Shown piece after piece: positions 1-11,582 of a stretch of 20,000 nucleotides of DNA. The position numbers were made by a program, and so were the translations under genes. The DNA lies in NCBI GenBank assembly GCA_008632985.1, contig QPGO01000202.1, positions 111,691 to 131,690 of the forward strand. Reading direction: 5' to 3'. The DNA comes from Psammoneis japonica. Lineage: Eukaryota. The stretch's first letter is position 1, and every line of letters starts with the position of its first letter. The notes under the pieces are model-generated. The model was given only the letters and a program-made list of their open reading frames with translations, searched no databases and was not told the origin of the DNA.

Positions 1-399
1 ACATGACCATTTCGTCTTGACAATCAATCCTGTGACAGTTGTGAACTCGATTGTTGATTTTTTGTGCTTCAACCATCTGTCAGTTGGATTTTAATTGTCA
101 TTTGGACGTTTCTTTTTGACATGCCGGTGTCATTTTGTCATTCCGAAGGCACTGCTCAATGGGAATCTTTTGAAAATGACCCGTGACGTGCAACCCACAA
201 ATCAATTGAGGACGCCTGTAGAATCCACACGTTTTTGCACTGAAACTGTCATGTTCACACAATTTGTGCAAAAATGGACTTGACTGTCATCGGGTCAGGT
301 GCATTTTTGCAAATGTGTTGAAGAAAAAATGCGCCTGATCAGAAAACAGTCAAATCCATTTTTTGCAAAGTTAAAATTCACTGAGGACAGACAGACAGA

Positions 400-2872
400 C
401 TTGTCTTGGTGCTGTCCCACACGATTTCTGCACAATGACTCTACAGCGCGAAAGATTGCCATTGTCATGCACTGGTGGACAAATGTCCATTTTTCTTTTC
501 TTTTTTTTTCTGAATCTTTGGCACATCTCGTGTGTCGACATGACAAGTTGTTTGTGTCTTGCCTCGTACATTGTGCAGTGCAACCACACGGGTGTTGTGA
601 GATTGTCTTTTGCCAGTGTGAAGTGGACACTGCAATGCCGCACACCAATCTGTCACAGAGTTTTTTTCTAACCGTCCTTTAAAACAAGGCAATTTTGTCC
701 TTGTGACATGAGCATTTTTTGATCTCGCTCGCCTCCACGAAAAGTGTTCATGTGACATGTCGCGTCCGACAATTTGGAGGGAAATGTCTTTGTCCCATTT
801 TGACGGTGGGACATTGTCGCAGGATTCAATTTTCTTCACAGTAAGTCGGCTGATCGTGTCGATCAATGGCATTGCAACGACGTTTGCCTTGCCCTTGATT
901 GACATTTGTTCGGGACTGAAGTTTTCCATTGCAAGTCGCCAACGTGTGACTTTGTCCATTGTGTCTTGTGATCCGCAAATTTTTTAATCTGTTGGCCAAA
1001 CAGTGTGTTTCGGAATTTTATGAGTTTTTTCACTGTGGACAGAAGTTCTTTTTTCCATTGCAACGCATGACATTGAAATGCGTGTGTGACAACAATGTAG
1101 TTTTTGATTTGATGCGCTCCATGTTTTCGGAGACTTTTTGTTCCGCACTTGCACTTTTGCCGTTTGACCTTCATTGAGGTGAATCTGGCCAGCATTGTAC
1201 AGGAGATTGTTGAGACTGCGTGTTTCGACAGCAATGATGTGCAACAACGAGTTGTCGCAGTGTTGTTTGCGTTTTTCTCGTGTTGCGATTGCTTGAATCG
1301 CCTCCATTTCCTTTGCAATCGAGTGCATGTCATTGCGTGTGGAAGTCTTGACAGTTCATTTCAAGTTAAATGGTGAAGGACTTTTGTTGTCAAACTTCCA
1401 AGCAACTGTTCCAGTCATTTGAATGCCGCACCAAGCCATCACTTGTGCAGGTGACATTTTGAAGTCACTTTTTGTCAGGCACAAACAATCGTGTGCAGTC
1501 GTTCTGACAACTTCAAACCTGTTGTGAGTTCACTCATGTGTTGTTTAAAAACATCTGGGGCTCCACAGCTTCTCACAGGAAGTCCACAGCACTTTTTTTC
1601 TCCCCACGGCATGATTTTTGTGTTGGCACGACATGTGCTTTTTTAATTTGATGTGACAGTGTCCCACATTCAAATCGAGTGAGGTCACATGTGTGAACCT
1701 TCTAGTTTCTGAAGCACATCCTGAACATTTGGCAGAGGATGCGGCGCACGTGCTGGCCTCTTGTTCAGTTCACGAAAGTCGGGTGGAAACCGAGCTTTGA
1801 CCATTTTTCTGTTTTTTAAAGGTTGGAGCTGTCCACTCAGAACTGTTTGTTTTCCTTTGGGACTTTTAGCTTACAGAGCCTTTCAATCTCCTTGCGAGTC
1901 GCCTCCAAGGCTTGTGGAAACAGGAAACCTTTTGCGTGACACGGTTTTGAGCCAGCGAATCATTTCTGCCTTTTTCCCAGGCTTCCCAACACCCAGCAGA
2001 GCACACAATTCGTGAACAGACCCAAATTGTTCTTCGGATTCACTCTGGATCATCTGATCAAATTGGCAATTTTCTTCACTGAGGGCATCAGAATCCAACT
2101 CTTTGCCCTCATGCTCTTTTTCTTTGTTCGAGGAACTCGCTTTGAGTGTTTTTTAAACCGCCTGATCAATCATGACGTTCAACTCTTTTTTTGCGAGCGG
2201 CATTTTTGTCATCGTGATGCCACGTGCGATTGCCATTTGAACGGCGCCGTTTCGGATCACGCTCAATGTGTCCATGGTGTTCTTTCGCCAGCTCATTTTC
2301 AGAATGGTTTCAATCCGTGATGCAGGTGTTCTTTTTTCAAAGATTGCACCTTTTGTTCACTTTGGATTGTTCAGGCACCACACAGGAGACCATTTTTGGA
2401 ACCAAATTTGGAGCCATTTTGGTTTTGGAATCAACTCTGCTGTCAGAGCCTGATTTGACATGGTTCATTGTCATGGACGTCATGAACGACTTCCAAACGA
2501 CTCAAAACTTAATCAGCTCATCAAGAGCATGTTCCAGCATTTCAGCATTTTGGGCAGTCGACTGATGCCACCATCCTTGTGGCGCGAGTGACAGCTGATG
2601 GCTCGCAGCTCGGTTTCCCGCTAGATTCAACTTAGAGTCGATTGAAGGGTCACACAGATGCTCTTCATTGACGTCTTGGGTCCAACAGAGGCTTTCTTGC
2701 TGTTGAGCTGCTCTGGTTTCTTCAGATCATCTTGAAAATGGCAACTCTGATTCTGAAGTGCAGTTCTTGGAAAGACATGAGACAAGAGACTCTTGAGGCA
2801 CTTTCCAACGGTTCCATCTTGCTCTTTGGACTCGAGGTTTGTCGATTCGGTCTCTAAAAAATCTCCAACAGT
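400..2872 (-). mobile_element. Degenerate, internally deleted Ty3/Gypsy internal region (gag, RT, RNase H, integrase remnants), related to the element at 11178-16354
   Basis: Peptides match the intact copy: KCLKSLLSHVFPRTALQNQ..DLKKP (gag, 2720-2810), DALSEENCQFDQM (gag end), KELLSTVKKLIKFRNTLFGQQ and VTRWRLAMENFSP..KGKANVVA (RNase H), KWDKDI. Many frameshifts and deletions, and the protease region is missing near 1960-1990. Left boundary uncertain; right end is cut by an LTR at 2873. Confidence 0.9.
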
Positions 2873-3239
2873 TGCAGCATGCGACTGTTGTGTGCACATT
2901 CATAATTGTGTGTTGTGTGTGTGTCAATCGCACCACAGTCGTGGATGCGCACAAAGGACAGAACGATCACACAGAGTTGATCGGATGTCGAAAATTACAA
3001 ATACGATCGATTGACGATGTTGACATCTTGCGTGTCAATGGCAATCGTATCCGGACAATCTGTTGTCACGAATATATTCTCCGAAAGGCCTTTTGTCTGT
3101 GGAAGCAGTGCAGAAGCTTTGGGCCATTGAGAACTTGTTCGGAGAAACCAAAAATCACAGAGTAAAATTTAATCTCATAATTTCCACTTTTCGCACACTG
3201 TTCTACTTTCGTTTGCACTCGTTCTTCGAGCATGGTGCA
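2873..3239 (+). mobile_element. Solo LTR (367 bp), subfamily related to the Gypsy LTRs, opposite orientation
   Basis: TGCA...TGCA termini. Reverse complement aligns with LTR 11178-11556 (e.g. tctccgaaaggccttttgtctgt, tttcgtttgcactcgttcttcgagcatggtgca). Flanks cagt/gctt give no TSD. Confidence 0.9.
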
Positions 3240-3620
3240 GCTTGTCACTGCAACTCCCATTCCAGCAACATCTCTCAGATGAACAGTGACTGTGACATGC
3301 CACAGCATTTTGGTGACAACCCCTCATTTGCTTGCAATTTGGTGGAACAAGAGAATGTCCAGGGGACAGTGGAGGCTGTCATGGTGGTCATGGAGGAAAG
3401 GCATCATGGCAAGGCAACTGCTGCTTGCAAATGGTGCAAGGACATTTCTCAGCACTTGGCTCATCCTGTGTTTCAGAACATCCCTCACTGTGGAGGAAAG
3501 CATGGCATTTTTGGCATGCTCCCCTGGGAGCTGTTGCATGCCTTGCACTTGGCTTTTTGCAAGTGTCTGCTTCAACAATGCAGGAAACTTGAACAGACAA
3601 CAGGGAGAAGGGGGGGTCAT
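3240..3620 (+). pseudogene. Plavaka-like DNA transposase fragment
   Basis: KHGIFGMLPWELLHALHLAFCKC (3498-3566). After restoring H/C to Y it resembles the [DE]-x-L-H-x-L-x-L/K-G-x-x-K motif I recall from Plavaka transposases. Recognised by eye only. Confidence 0.45.
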
Positions 3621-4080
3621 TGATGCTTGAGAGGCATGGAGAGAGACCAGTCGGCAGTTTGATGAGTCATCTGTCTAAAATGCCTTGCAGAACATGCAGA
3701 GTTTGCACTGAAACCTGTGTGGAAACCTTGCATGTGAGAACAACAAATGCCAAGAAGAGTGCTGAGCAAATGAGCCAACAGGGCTTGACGCCAATTGTTT
3801 TCCACTGCATGAGATTGCCAATGATTGTAGAACAAAGGCATGTTGACAAAAGAGCACATCTGAACAGGCAGGTGAGAACCATCACCACACCATCAGAGAA
3901 AGGCAACATCAGCACCAGAGCTTGTGCAGAAAAACATGCAGAGGGTGCGGCCGTGAAGCTGAGGCAGAATTGTGCAATCATCCAAAAACAGCAGAGCACT
4001 GCAATGAAACTGCATTTTTTGAAGACAGCCACGTGCACTTCATTCAAATCAACCAAAAGTGGAGTTAGAAAAACCAGTTG

Positions 4081-4448
4081 TGCAGCATGCAACTGTTGTG
4101 TGCATGTTTGTGATCACACATTGTTTGTGTGTCAATCGCACCACAGTCGCGGATGTGCACGAAGGACAGAATGATCACACAGAGTTCATCGGAAGTCAAA
4201 AATTGCAAATGCAATTGACAGACAATGTCGACATCTCATGTGTCAATGGCAATCACATCCCAACAATCTGTTGTCATGAACAACTTTTTCGAAAGGCCTT
4301 TTAGTCTGTGGGACCAGCACAAGAGCTTTGGACCATTGAGAACTCATTCGGAGAAACCAAAAATCACAGAGCAAAACTCAATCTCACAATTTCCACTTTT
4401 TGCACTTTGCCCCACTTTTGTTTGTGCTTGTTCTTTGAGCATGGTGCA
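4081..4448 (+). mobile_element. Second solo LTR (368 bp), same subfamily as 2873-3239 but more decayed
   Basis: TGCA...TGCA termini and collinear with 2873-3239 over its full length. Differences are mainly TA>TG/CA and CG>TG/CA. Flanks gttg/actg differ by two transitions. Confidence 0.9.
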
Positions 4449-4591
4449 ACTGTTGTGGATGACACAAAGTTGGACAAGACACTTGAAGTTTTGCAAAAAA
4501 ATTGTGGTTGTCCATTGCCAGTGATGCCAACACACAATCTGAGGATGAAATTGGCCATTTGGACTTGGATGAGTGCTCCTGACAGGAGGCC

Positions 4592-5490
4592 TTGGATGAA
4601 CTGTTTGAATTGACAGAGAAAAGAGTGGTCAAAATGGATGGGAAGGAGTGGTCTGCAAAGAGTGGGAAGGCCCCCAAAACTTCAAGGAAATGCCAAGTGC
4701 ATTTTGGCAACTGGGGCAATCCAAGGTTGAGTGTTCCCATTCCACACACTCCAAGAAATGCAGACATGGCTTGGCATGGCTCTGTCAGGCTCATCCAAAA
4801 GCATTTGGAAAATGAGGACAAGGAGATGGAAGAGCAAAAACAAGGTGCATCATTGATCGCTTGGGCAAGGCAGTGCCAAACACATTCTGCAAGGCTTGGT
4901 CCATTCACAAAGAGTGGCTTCATTGAGTGGCAAAAGAGTTGGCCAATGGCAACAAAATGTTGTGCTCAATGGAGGATGAGCACCTGCACACAACCCTTGC
5001 CATCAACAGTTGCTGTGGTGGTGGGGTTGCTGGCATTCATGTGGACACACACAATGCATCCATGCATTGGAGGGGATTGCCAGACTTTCATTGCAACCCA
5101 ACCGGCAATGCAGACATTGCCCTCCTTGTGTGTGCTCCAGTCAAGAAAGGTGTGTTGAAGCCAATCTTGGTGTTGCAACATGCCAAAACCATGACTTTTT
5201 TCAATGCAGGATCCTTTTGTCATGGAGCAATTCATGTGGGGATGCACCTCACTCATTTGAACAGTTTGTTCTTCTGTGCAAGTGAGTCAAACAAATTGCT
5301 CAGGCCCAAGCCAAAGTGGGTTGGCAATCACAGCAAGAATGGACAACATCTGTTCCTTGCTTGGCACACAAAGCAAAACTTGCCGATGGTGGATGCAACG
5401 GATGAGGTGCTGAAAACACAACATGGAACCTTGTTTGTTCATGATGAAGATTGGCAATGGGTGCAATCAAATTTGAAAGAACAGAAATGA
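4592..5490 (+). pseudogene. 2OG-Fe(II) dioxygenase remnant, TET/JBP-like
   Basis: TTLAIN...GIHVD (HxD at 5038-5046), distal His in TFFNAGSFCHG (5221-5223), then GQHLFLAWH (5341-5367), which restores to GR-x-LFLAWY and would supply the 2OG-binding Arg strand. Probable frameshift near 4870-4930 joins ORFs 4592..5158 and 4927..5490. Confidence 0.55.
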
Positions 5491-5549
5491 GTGCAATGAC
5501 CTGAGCAGCGATGGTTCCGACAAGGATTGGACATGTCTGCACAAAAGGT

Positions 5550-7540
5550 CAGACAGAATGGAACCAGTTCATGACTGCAGTGAGGCATCCAAAATTTGGC
5601 AACTTCAGGAAAGGTGACAACTGCAATGACAATGCACACAAGGAGCTGCTTTTGCAGACAACAGACAGGGTTGACACAGTTGGAACATTCCAAAAAGGAC
5701 ACAACTGAGACACATCAAACTCCAGCAGATCCGTTGGCCTCATCAAACATGTCATCATTGTCTGCCATAGAATGCTCCAGCTCCTTGGTTGCATGTCACT
5801 TGTTTCCATTCAGTTGCACCTCATTGTCCAGCTCGGAGGGTGGGAAAATGACTTGCTCCACTGGGAAAAGGTTGCTGTGGTCTGTTCCCTTGGTGCGTGA
5901 CAGAAAATCAAGAGTTGGTCCAACCAGGACATCCATTGCAACAGCAGCCAAATCTGCATTTGTGGGGCAAAAGCTGGCTGATTTGGTTTCTCCACCTCCA
6001 AATTGTTGCTTCAGGAAAGAAAGGCCCATGTTCACTGAAAGTGCCATCCAATGCACGGTTGGAGGTCATGACAATGTTGCGCCACTTCATGAAATGTGCA
6101 ATGTCTGGGGCAGCATGCTTCTGCTTGGATTTAGCCAAAGGGACATTGGCAATGAAGTGATTGTGCAAACGCGCACATTTTTGAACAACACCATCATTGG
6201 CTGGATCACTGCTTTTGGGTGCAGCTGGCATGTCATCCATGTTGCACAGGCTGTCAATCAGATCATCCTCATGATGCCAGAACACATTGGCAAGGAGAAA
6301 CTTTGCAGTGATCAACTGGGTGAGTGCCTCCTGAGCAGCACTTTCCATGCAGTGGGTCACAGCTGGCTCATTGTTCTTGGCGTAAAAGTTGGTGACTTTG
6401 TCGTGGCTCTGACTGCAGTCTTTCATTGGCATTCAAGTGCAACAAAGGCTGACAGCAGCAGCAAGAGGCAAGAAAAAATCTGCCCACAGAGATGGGGCCA
6501 ACCATCCAAAGTGGCAGGTGGTGCAGAGACAGGCTGCATTGTGACGACACGCAACAGCACTGTTTTCCTCAACTGTTGACACAGTGCCAGCAGGAGGGGC
6601 AGTGAACAAGTCAACAGGAGTGTGCTGGCCTGCAAAAAAGACAAATGAACCACAAACCCATCATGAGTCACACAGAGAAGATTCAAAGAAGAGGGGACAA
6701 GGATTTGCATCACCTGCATCACCATGATGGGAGCCACAGACTCCACAAAGGACTGTGGGAAACAAGGCACTGCCGGCCTTTTTGGGTGGCAGAGTGTGGT
6801 TGATTTGTGTTCTGAGACAGGAAGCAAAGGTGTTTTGTTCTTGATTCATGAAGTTGAGGGCCAAGGGGCCAACCTTCTCCCAAAACTTTTGACAAACTTC
6901 AGGTTTGTTGAATTCATTGTCAGACCTGTCCTTGTCATTTTTTGGGTTTTTTGGGAAGACATGTTCCCAAACCATCAAGGCAAAGGGACATTTGGAGTTT
7001 GCACCAGCATCCAGGAGTGGATGGCAATTCACAGTGTTGCCAATCTCTTGTTTGGATGGAAAACCCAGAGAGAACAGAGCAGCATGACCCACCTTTGAGT
7101 TGCCCACTTTCTTCACAAAGTTGGTCTCCAAATTTGTCATTTTGCTGGCATGAAAGGTCTGTTTCTGAGCTTTCTAGAGAGAGGCAACGGCCTTGTTGGC
7201 GGTGACAATTTTTGCACCACAGGCGTTGTGCTTTTGCTGCAGTTGCTTGCACATCTTTTTGTTGTGGTTTTTGCATGGGCTGCACATCCTCCAGCAAAAC
7301 AAAAGCCACACTCTGCAATCATTGCCAGACATTTGGTTTCACTTTGTCATGCTGCTTGAGAGAAATTCAACATCTTCTTTTTGAATTTGAGGGGAACAGT
7401 TCTCAGACACATCATCAGAGGAGTCGGCTTCTTCATTGATGGAGGCTGCAGCAGCAGTGGCAGCTGCTGGGTCATTGACTGGTGGAGCAGCTGTGGATGA
7501 CATGTTCCAGCCCTGGGTGGAAGCTTGTGGTGCTGACATG
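5550..7540 (-). pseudogene. Decayed large ORF of unknown function, convergent with the dioxygenase remnant
   Basis: Successive protein-like minus-strand segments (MSAPQASTQG..AAATAAAASINEEADSSDD; LETNFVKKVG..WEKVGPLALNFMNQ; NADLAAVAMDVLVGPTLDFL) broken by stops and frameshifts. No family recognised. Confidence 0.35.
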
Positions 7541-9412
7541 TGACATGATCATTTTTGTCGTCTGTTGCATGTTTCACACTCACATTTCTGCATGTGATCT
7601 TTCAAAAAATTGTTCCACACTCCCTGTTTTGCAAAGCCCCAGATGTTTCATTTGGCACATTTGTGGGAACAACAATGCACCAGGCACATCCTTCAATGTC
7701 TGAAGAATGCACCTGGCTGAGTGAGAACTGACTTGCTTCAATCATGAACAAGTTTGTGCGTTCTCAAAATTGCCTCTTTTTCTGTTGGCAATCATTGACA
7801 TTTTCATTGCCTGACAATTTTACTGCGGAGCTTGCACGCAGAATTGCATGGGCCCAATGTCACATGGATTCCCACCTGCATCTGGAGCATGTCGGACAAA
7901 GAGCCTTGACATCACAGAGGGCCAGTCCTGGAGAGCCTTGCCTGGGCTGCCCAGAAGGACGAACTTGGCAACCTCCACCATGACCTCCACCATGGCTGCC
8001 AGCACCACTGGCACGACTGGCATTGTTGGGGCCAGCAACTTGTTGGTTTGGCTTCTTCCATTTTTTGGGCGGCATGGTTGATGACAGCACAAAATGGAAA
8101 AAGGGGTTGATTTAAGTCCTGGAAATGGGAGTGCAAAGGCAGAAGTGTGTGAAATTTCCAATCTTGACAAGGGCACTTTAATGTCATAAAATCAAACTTG
8201 TTGAACAAATGTGGGATGTCAATGACTGAATGATTCATCAAGGTTTTCAAATCATTCAAACCATTGCATTGTGGCAAAAAGATTGAATTTTAAAATGAAA
8301 TTGTTGCTGAGAAAGAGATGCTGGTGGGAATCAACTGATGGCGATGCTCACAGTTTGGCCAAAAAACGAGTTGTCCCTCCCTCACAAGACACAGAAAATG
8401 CAAACTCAAGTTGCAAGCAATGCATGAAAATGTGAGCGGCAGTGACAAGTGGCGGCATTGTGGATGGGACAGAATGAAATGCAGGACACAAGGTGAGAAA
8501 GAGGAAACAAGTGGCTGGTGCATGGAGATCAGGTGCACAACGCAAACAACGGACACTTGTGCACATCTTTGCACACAGAAATCTGCACAGCAACCTGACA
8601 TGATGCAAAGGAAGATTGGCAATGGGGAAGGGCACAAAGGCGAGCCAAAGCAATGCATGAGACAAGATTGCAGGAAACACAAGACACACGCAAAAACTGA
8701 TCATTGGCACAAAGGTTTGTCCAGTTGCAGGCAATGCTTTGCCCAGCCAAACAGAAGGAACCTGAGATTGATCATTCATCAGCGGCTGCAACACAGTGGT
8801 GTTCACTTCCCTTCATCTGGTTTGTGCCAATTGACGTTGTGTGAGTTTGTCTTTTTTTTTACTCAAGAACAAGCATGTGAGGTGAGAAATTGGGCTTCAT
8901 TGGAAAACCTCTGCTGCTGTGATTTTTTGCACATTCATCACCAACATTCATCCAGTCCATCAAGTTGTGCATGTTTGCACACAAACGTCAGAGCCACACT
9001 CACCACTCTCAAGGCTGCAGCATTCAGATGGGGTGAGATGTGGCTCAACCCCAGAGCCATGATTGCAAACATTTTCAGCTTTGCTGCTGTGCAACGGTGT
9101 GACCATGATTCTCACCTGCCCACTCCAACTGCTTCTCTCTTGACACACACTCATTTCATCAAAAGTGAGTGGCATTGAGCCCTTTGGCTTGTTTGCTCAT
9201 CATCCTTCTTGGCATTTTTCTTCCTTGTGTGCAAAATTTCCACACAAGTTTCAGCACAATCTCCACACATTCTGAAAGTCAACTTGCCAAACTGTTGACT
9301 GCTCTCCATCCATGCCTCTCAGGTGTCAGTGACCCAAATTCTGTCCATTGTCAATTTAAATTCCATGCTTCACATGGTGAACAACCTTCTGTTGTTGTTG
9401 CTCTTCAAAGTT

Positions 9413-9850
9413 TTGTCATCCATTTGCTTCTCCCATTGGCTTTTCCGTGCAAGATCTGGCACTGTTTCTGTGTGACACCACTGACAATCTGTGTGTCACT
9501 TCTCTGGACTGCTTTTGTCCTTGCCAATTGGCCCCCAATGCTGCTTCTTTTCTCTGCTGTTCAATCAAATCCTTCACTCTTTGGGGTGAATGTGCTGCTT
9601 CTGTTGTGGCCTTTCCAGCAAGAGTGCAAGTCATCCTGTGGCATCATTTGATTGTCATCCTGTTTGCTGCTCCCATCAGCTTTTCTGCACAAGACCTGGC
9701 ACTGTTTCAACATGCAACAAATGTTTTTGCCAATGACCTGCTTGTCTCACCTTCACGGCTTCTTTTGCAAACTCTTTTGGCAACCTGTCCAAATGCAATT
9801 GTCCTCTGCAGCTGTGGTGTGCATTCTGTGGCTGTCATCAGCAAGCACAC
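9413..9850. repeat. Degenerate direct repeat, period about 240 bp (probably an 80-aa protein repeat on the minus strand)
   Basis: 9421 catttgcttctcccattggcttttccgtgcaagatctggcactgtttc versus 9661 tgtttgctgctcccatcagcttttctgcacaagacctggcactgtttc. Minus-strand translations NSARSCTEKPMG and NSARSCAEKLMG. Right boundary approximate. Confidence 0.65.
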
Positions 9851-10899
9851 AATGAATTCCTCATGTGAGTCATTCCTTTTCAGTTGTTTTGGTGGGGTGT
9901 CACCTTCTGGTGGTGCCCATTCTGGCCAATCCCATGCAAGCTCCTGCTGCACTGAAACAGTGCACTGGGAGTGTGGGTCAGCTGGCACCGGCGTGGCTGG
10001 CAATGGAGTGACTGCACTTGCAACTCAGATTTCTTTTTTTTTTTGTTCACTGGGGGTGTGGGTCGCTTGTTGTCAGAGTTGCAGGATGGAAGCACAGCAG
10101 CAGTTTAAGTGCAGATTTTGGGTTTTGCTTTGCTTTGACTGATGCAAGCAGCACAAAGCAGTGTGACTGCCTTGAAGTGCAGATCAGGAAGAGCAGTGTG
10201 CAACCCCACGAATGACATGTTGTGATGTGGCACTTGCTTCACTGTCAATGGAAAGACAGCAAGCAAACCCCTCAACAAGAAGCTTGTGTGCCTCAGGTTG
10301 GCAGCAGCAGCAAAGCACATGCCCCATTCATTCCATCCAATGAGCGGCTTTGACAAAGGCAAGATGCCCAAGTTGTCACTCAGCTGTGCTGAGGCAAAGC
10401 AAGGAAGACAAATCAGATGTTGGTAAAAAGGAACCTCTTCTCCAGTCTCCTGGGATCAGCTGGTCAGGAATTCACTCAAAGTGATGCAGAGATGTTTGTC
10501 CAAGCACTGGTCAAAACAAAGAGAAGAGAGGCAGAGTTGGGTGCAATGCAAACTGACATCTCCAAGAGAGCTGCTTTTGCTGCCAGTTTGTGTCTTGAAA
10601 CAACAAAAAAAATGACAAAAGACAGAAAAAGAAAGTTCTGTGGTTGCATCAACTCTGTCAATGCCAGCAGCAACAAAGGGAAAAGCAAAAAAAATCTTTG
10701 TTCACCCATGGTGTGACCCATGTTGTGCCAGTTGCATCGTGACAAATGGCTTGTGCACAATCACATCTGGCACACATCAACCACCTTTGTGTGCATGTTG
10801 GTCAGGAGGGGTGCAGAGGTGCACTTGCAGGATTCAATGGGGTCCCTGTGTGCAAGTTCATGGTGCAGTGTCTGCCCTTGGGCAGATCAAAACATGGTT

Positions 10900-11177
10900 G
10901 CAGGCACACACTGTCAAAGCCATGTGCATCCATGGTGTTTGTTGGGCTGTTCTCAACTTGAGAAATGTTGTTCACTTTGAATGCTGTGTCCTGTTTGCCA
11001 GTCTTCTTGTTCAGCAGTTGGAGTCAATCCACCACTCAGCTGTCATGAGCAATGCAGCACTTGTTCTTTGCATCCTTTAAACTCAGGATGTTTGCAGCTG
11101 TGTTCTGTGATCCAAACTTCATGTCTCCTCATCCAGTCATGGTGGCATGGTGCTTGTCCAAGGCACACCAGTGGACA
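10900..11177 (-). mobile_element. Ty1/Copia remnant, downstream half of the protease region (split by the Gypsy insertion)
   Basis: Minus strand reads AANILSLKDAKNKCCIAHDS (11040-11100), resembling the ANILSL....KYRVTYDS segment of diatom-type Copia polyproteins. Joins 16355 across the TSD. Left boundary uncertain. Confidence 0.65.
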
Positions 11178-11556
11178 TGCACTATGCTCGAAGAACGAGT
11201 GTAAACGAAAGTATGACGAAGTTCAAAAGGTGAAAATTATGAGAATCATTTCTGCGCAATCATTTTGGGTTTCTCCGAACGGGTTCTCAATAGCCTGAAC
11301 CTTTTGCACTGCTCCTACAGACAAAAGGCCTTTCGGAGAATATGATCGTGACGACAGATTGTCCGGATACGATTGACATTGACACGTAAGATGTCAACAT
11401 CATCGTACGATCGCATTTGCGATTCTCGACATCCAATCACTTCTGTGTGACTGATCTGTACTTCGTACGAACCCACGATTGACGTACGATTGAAACATAC
11501 TTTTATTTAATATATAGATATACATATATAATACGTACATGACAACGCACATTGCA
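11178..11556 (-). repeat. 3' LTR (379 bp)
   Basis: Gap-free alignment to 15976-16354, TGCA...TGCA ends, adjacent to the PPT. Confidence 0.97.
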
Positions 11557-11566
11557 TTCGCCTCCC
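11557..11566 (-). other. Polypurine tract
   Basis: Minus strand GGGAGGCGAA directly abuts the TG of the 3' LTR. Confidence 0.85.
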
Positions 11567-11582
11567 TAATTGCACATTAGAG

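Noticed and set aside
2873..4448. Single non-autonomous TRIM-like element bounded by the two plus-strand LTRs
   Set aside because: No shared TSD (cagt versus actg), no PPT before the second LTR, the interior looks like a DNA transposase fragment, and the two LTRs differ in degree of decay.
7700..8075. Possible Myb/SANT-like Harbinger ORF1 remnant (MPPKKW...QKKRQF*ER) on the minus strand
   Set aside because: The resemblance rests on a few residues in heavily mutated sequence, which is too weak to call.
8411..8760. Possible Cys-rich zinc-finger or piggyBac-type C-terminal domain
   Set aside because: Cys and His are inflated by TG/CA enrichment, and no convincing spacing pattern is present.
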